Below, in pieces: positions 61,045 to 64,000 of a stretch of DNA of 64,000 nucleotides; position 1 is the first letter of the stretch, and every line of letters begins with the position of its first letter. Source of the stretch: an archaeon (lineage in GTDB: Archaea > Nanobdellota > Nanobdellia > Woesearchaeales > JAADFO01). The notes under the pieces are model-generated. The model was not told where the DNA came from and did not search any database. It saw only the letters and a program-made list of their open reading frames with translations. The DNA lies in NCBI GenBank assembly GCA_043817075.1, contig JBDRHG010000022.1, positions 39,102-103,101 on the forward strand, in the 5' to 3' direction. A program made the position numbers and the translations under genes.

Positions 61045-61557
61045 TCAGTCCTCAAGCACCCAGCCCTTCTGATCATTATCGTAGCGATAATTGAAGCTTG
61101 CAGGATTCTCTTTCTGCTCCTTCTCAAAATCGGGATTCGGAATCCACTTCTCCAGATTCTTATCATAAATCTGTTCCCTTGGCTTCTTCCAACTCTTGTT
61201 TGGAACACTGGCCTGAACCACTTTGTCATCCTCAATAGTCATAGTTTCAGGGTCAACAACCCAGACAGTCCTATCACCTTTTACAGCGTAGATGTCTCTG
61301 GGTGCTACTTCACGCTTATGCACAACCGAAAGCTTGACCTCCTTGCCCTGAAGGGACGGCTCGACCTCGTTGGTAGATTTCACCTTCTCGATGGTCAGAG
61401 CCTTGTCCATTTCTGGATACAGTTCCATGAGTTCATCTATGGCTTTTTTCAATCCCTTATTGGTCAGCTTGAGTTTCTCGTTCTCCAGCACTTTGACATG
61501 GCTATCTTTGATCTCTGCTCTGTATGCTACTGGTTGCGTATACGTACTCATATACAT
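61045..61557 (-). CDS. Hypothetical protein (170 aa)
   Basis: ORF with balanced composition. The antisense 249-aa ORF is low-complexity. I recognised no domain. Confidence 0.6.
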   Translation of the reverse strand: MYMSTYTQPVAYRAEIKDSHVKVLENEKLKLTNKGLKKAIDELMELYPEMDKALTIEKVKSTNEVEPSLQGKEVKLSVVHKREVAPRDIYAVKGDRTVWVVDPETMTIEDDKVVQASVPNKSWKKPREQIYDKNLEKWIPNPDFEKEQKENPASFNYRYDNDQKGWVLED

Positions 61558-61730
61558 TCACCTTTTCTTGTTTTTATTGCTGATCGCACCTTAGTAAGGT
61601 CAGATGCTGTGAGTGCTTTTCCTTTCAGTTTCGGGTTGGCTTTATTGAGTTCTTTCCTGATTCCCTTCGGGAGTACAAATGGGGTTCCGAAGATATCGAT
61701 ATTCCTAGGTTTTATTTTCTTAGAGGGCAT
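61548..61730 (-). CDS. Small basic protein (60 aa)
   Basis: The preferred start is ATG 61730, with AGGTGG 9 nt upstream. The sequence MPSKKIKPRNIDIFGTPFVLPKGIRKELNKANPKLKGK... is Lys-rich. Confidence 0.5.
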   Translation of the reverse strand: MPSKKIKPRNIDIFGTPFVLPKGIRKELNKANPKLKGKALTASDLTKVRSAIKTRKGECI

Positions 61731-61753
61731 TTTTTTACCACCTTTACGAATCT

Positions 61754-61802
61754 CCACAATATTGTGGAATACTACCTTATAAATCTTTCCACAATAATGT
61801 GG
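61754..61802. promoter_or_regulatory. Two operator-like palindromes flanking a TATA box in a divergent promoter
   Basis: CCACAATATTGTGG (61754-67, a perfect 14-bp palindrome) and CCACAATAATGTGG (61789-802) bracket CTTATAAATC. The second site abuts ATG 61804. Confidence 0.6.
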
Positions 61803-61803
61803 T

Positions 61804-62091
61804 ATGAGCAAGCGCACATCCCTACAAGTACGCATAGACATACTCCAAGCCCTAAACGACGGAAAACCCCACTCCTACGGAAGCATAGAACGGAAAGCAA
61901 ACACGAACTGGGAAACCGTCAGAACCCACATCAAAGAACTCAAAATCTACAACGCCATAGAAGAAACACCGCAAGGATACCAAATCACACCACAAGGACG
62001 CACCATCCTAAAAAACCTGAAGAAAGAGCAATCAAAGCCTACAAAAGAAAGCACCCAGACCAGTAACAGACAATTAGTTGGAGATATCTGA
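61804..62091 (+). CDS. Small winged-helix DNA-binding protein (candidate autoregulator)
   Basis: LQVRIDILQALNDGKPHSYGSIERKANTNWETVRTHIKELKIYNAIEETPQGYQITPQGR is a wHTH. It sits directly next to the palindromes. Confidence 0.75.
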   Translation: MSKRTSLQVRIDILQALNDGKPHSYGSIERKANTNWETVRTHIKELKIYNAIEETPQGYQITPQGRTILKNLKKEQSKPTKESTQTSNRQLVGDI

Positions 62092-62170
62092 TCAAGATTT
62101 GAAAAAATAAAAAGGACCCTGATTGAGAAGTTCAATAATACGAATAATTCGAGAAATCAAAAAGCAGGGC

Positions 62171-63481
62171 TTATTCAAATAACTTTTTCAACTCCTTACA
62201 TAACCGTAGGATTACCTTTTGCGGGCCGGTCGAGACCTTCTCGGAATATACGGTAGTGTCTAACTGCTTAACATAATAATGTTTATTCAAATAATCGAAA
62301 TGAATATAGTTATGTGGCACATTAACACGACGTTCAAAATCTACAAACAGTACGAACTTACCATCTTGATCCAACCCCACCTCGAAAGATCTCTCGCTTT
62401 TCTTTTCTTTCATTAAGAAGACTATTGAACGATTAATAAATTTATCATCATAGTATTCAATCTCAAGAGAACTGATAGTACGTCTTTCAAATTCCAAATC
62501 CAACACACCTTTGAGTTGTAAAATCACTTGCTTAATGATATAGCCAAATAAGAGATAAAATTGTTTTATTTGCTCATAAGTATCATCAAATCTTCTCTTG
62601 AATTCTTCTTCAGAATTTAAACCCAGTAGGTCCATGTCCAATCTTAAAGCAGTAGCCTTCTTCTTCAACTTAAGGAAACTAATCTGCTTGAATCTTTCGA
62701 TATCCCTACCATTACTCCTTTTCCTTATGATTTGCTGAAAATATGATTCATTGTCTTTAGGCTCCCAAAGCTGACCCCAAAATCCGAGCACTCCATTGTC
62801 TTCATGCACATATACCTCACCGTGCTCAATAAAATCTCTTAGACCCGCTTTTAGGTTTTTTAACATGTTTTTACATATATACCTGTAAGAGAAATAACGT
62901 TTCACCGAATCAATAACATGTTTATTGAATTCCAGCCATATTATCTCTTCATCTTTGTTAAAATCTGGAAAGTCAAGATTAAACTTCTCAAGGAGATCAA
63001 GAAGCGATTCGATCAGACTATCTAACATCGGATTGCATTCCTTCCAGTTATGTTGTCGAATTTTTTCAGAAAGCGATTCCCAATAAAGGGTCTGCCATCC
63101 CAATTCTTTGAGTTTATTAGCCTCAGAAGTGATGATGTAATAATGCTTAGCTTCTTCATACCTTTTTTTATATCTCTTTAATTGATCAATTCCAGATAAT
63201 CCACTCATGATTTTATGTTCACAAACACAAAATGGTTTGTCTTTGAGATAAAAAACTAGATCAGGAATCTCAAAATTCTTAACACCTCCTGTTATTCTAT
63301 CCTGAGGAATGAACGATAGCTCCTCACATCTAGTTTTTTGGATTCCCAGAAAATCATGTATATAAAAGTCCTTAAATTCGATTGAAGCATCACATAATAG
63401 AACGATACTCTCTGTAAGGAAATCTTCCATCTGCTGGTTGACAGTTCCTTCTCGTTTTTTGTAAAGCCGAAAAAGACTCAT
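62171..63481 (-). CDS. RecB-like PD-(D/E)xK nuclease-fold protein (436 aa) with a large uncharacterised C-terminal region
   Basis: The motif series is MEDFLTE ... EIPDLVFYL ... CVCEHKI ... GIDQLKRY (E, D, ExK, QxxxY). It lies in a very AT-rich patch. Confidence 0.65.
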   Translation of the reverse strand: MSLFRLYKKREGTVNQQMEDFLTESIVLLCDASIEFKDFYIHDFLGIQKTRCEELSFIPQDRITGGVKNFEIPDLVFYLKDKPFCVCEHKIMSGLSGIDQLKRYKKRYEEAKHYYIITSEANKLKELGWQTLYWESLSEKIRQHNWKECNPMLDSLIESLLDLLEKFNLDFPDFNKDEEIIWLEFNKHVIDSVKRYFSYRYICKNMLKNLKAGLRDFIEHGEVYVHEDNGVLGFWGQLWEPKDNESYFQQIIRKRSNGRDIERFKQISFLKLKKKATALRLDMDLLGLNSEEEFKRRFDDTYEQIKQFYLLFGYIIKQVILQLKGVLDLEFERRTISSLEIEYYDDKFINRSIVFLMKEKKSERSFEVGLDQDGKFVLFVDFERRVNVPHNYIHFDYLNKHYYVKQLDTTVYSEKVSTGPQKVILRLCKELKKLFE

Positions 63482-63722
63482 GAATGGAAAGAACTAAAAG
63501 GAGTTATAAAAACCTTTAGACTACGATCACGATTAATCAGTTACAAGCGGCAGTCTGCGGCAATTGCGGTAAACCAGTCGATTTTGCAACTCACGATGGT
63601 TCAAACGGCTGGGAAATGGATTACATAAGAAGAAGAAGAATGTATCCCATCTGTGATGAATGTGATGCAAAATCTTTGGGAGAATACGTTTAGCAAAATT
63701 GTTAAAGGTGTTAAAGAAAAAA

Positions 63723-63742
63723 GATGAGGCCGAAGCCTCATC
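63723..63742. terminator. GC-rich hairpin between convergent ORFs followed by a T-run
   Basis: GATGAGGC-CGAA-GCCTCATC abuts the stop of 63743..63910, with CCGTTTTTT just downstream on the plus strand. Confidence 0.4.
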
Positions 63743-63910
63743 CTAAAGATTCCGTTTTTTCAGGGGTGTAGCTTCTGCCTTTTTACAAGGCAGATCCTCG
63801 ATATTGATATATTCAGGTTCACTCTTTTTTCCCTGAACAAACATCACTACCTTCTCAAGAAAACAAATTAGCTCGTCTATCCAGCCCATATCCTTCTTGG
63901 CAGCGTTCAT
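63743..63910 (-). CDS. Small hypothetical protein (55 aa)
   Basis: ATG 63910 is preceded by GGAGG 8 nt upstream (the track ORF starts at an upstream TTG). I recognised no domain. Confidence 0.4.
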   Translation of the reverse strand: MNAAKKDMGWIDELICFLEKVVMFVQGKKSEPEYINIEDLPCKKAEATPLKKRNL

Positions 63911-64000
63911 GTTATCATCCTCCAATATTTTTACGTTGCATGATTGGCTGCCTCTGGAACTTCTAATAAACCCGGCTGTATTGCGGATTTTTCCCCTTCC

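Larger units (their letters stand above)
44440..64000. mobile_element. AT-rich, compositionally mosaic integrated mobile element with casposon hallmark genes; right end lies beyond the window
   Basis: There is an abrupt visible GC drop at about 44.43 kb, just after the promoter of 43839..44345. The element contains Cas1-solo, family-B polymerase, many RHH/wHTH genes, a methyltransferase/nuclease operon and no housekeeping genes. No TIR pair or TSD could be defined inside the window. Confidence 0.7.

Noticed and set aside
61033-61782. A 249-aa plus-strand ORF spanning 61033..61782.
   Set aside because: It is a Leu/Phe/Ile-rich low-complexity translation antisense to two minus-strand ORFs. Those two have better composition, an RBS (AGGTGG before 61730) and start/stop coupling.
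63520-63693. A plus-strand zinc-ribbon-like reading frame (..VCGNCGKPVDF...MYPICDECDAKSLGEYV*).
   Set aside because: It has no ATG, GTG or TTG between the upstream in-frame TAG (63517-19) and the first CxxC. It may be a pseudogene or use a non-canonical start. That is not enough to call a gene.

Overview
The window looks archaeal: it has BRE/TATA-type promoters of the form AAAC(A/G)TTTA(T/A)ATA about 25-30 nt upstream of many start codons, several apparently leaderless genes, and a PGF-pre-PGF-type surface domain. By eye it has two compositional halves.

(1) Positions 1 to ~44.4 kb are GC-rich host DNA. This half is dominated by very large secreted, Cys-rich, N-glycosylation-sequon-dense surface proteins (1336, 2045, ~3570 and 1971 aa) plus smaller C-terminally anchored proteins. 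They are interspersed with a tandem Lrp/AsnC regulator, a CE4 polysaccharide deacetylase, a CBS-domain operon of unknowns, a CPA-type cation/proton antiporter, GalE and a GT-B glycosyltransferase.

(2) Positions ~44.4 kb to the window end are a visibly AT-rich, compositionally mosaic integrated element that continues past 64000. It carries a stand-alone Cas1 (no cas2, no CRISPR) and a family-B DNA polymerase split at an A6 run, which is a casposon-like signature. It also carries many RHH/wHTH regulators and two RecB-like PD-(D/E)xK proteins. A tightly packed six-gene operon sits inside it: PD-(D/E)xK, RHH, m6A methyltransferase, DUF262-HNH nuclease and two proteins with no recognisable domains. 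This operon is bracketed by modular inverted repeats and is the best candidate here for an undescribed defence or cargo system.

I recognised no rRNA, tRNA or CRISPR array. All domain calls come from motif recognition by eye; no searches were run, and GC statements are visual estimates.
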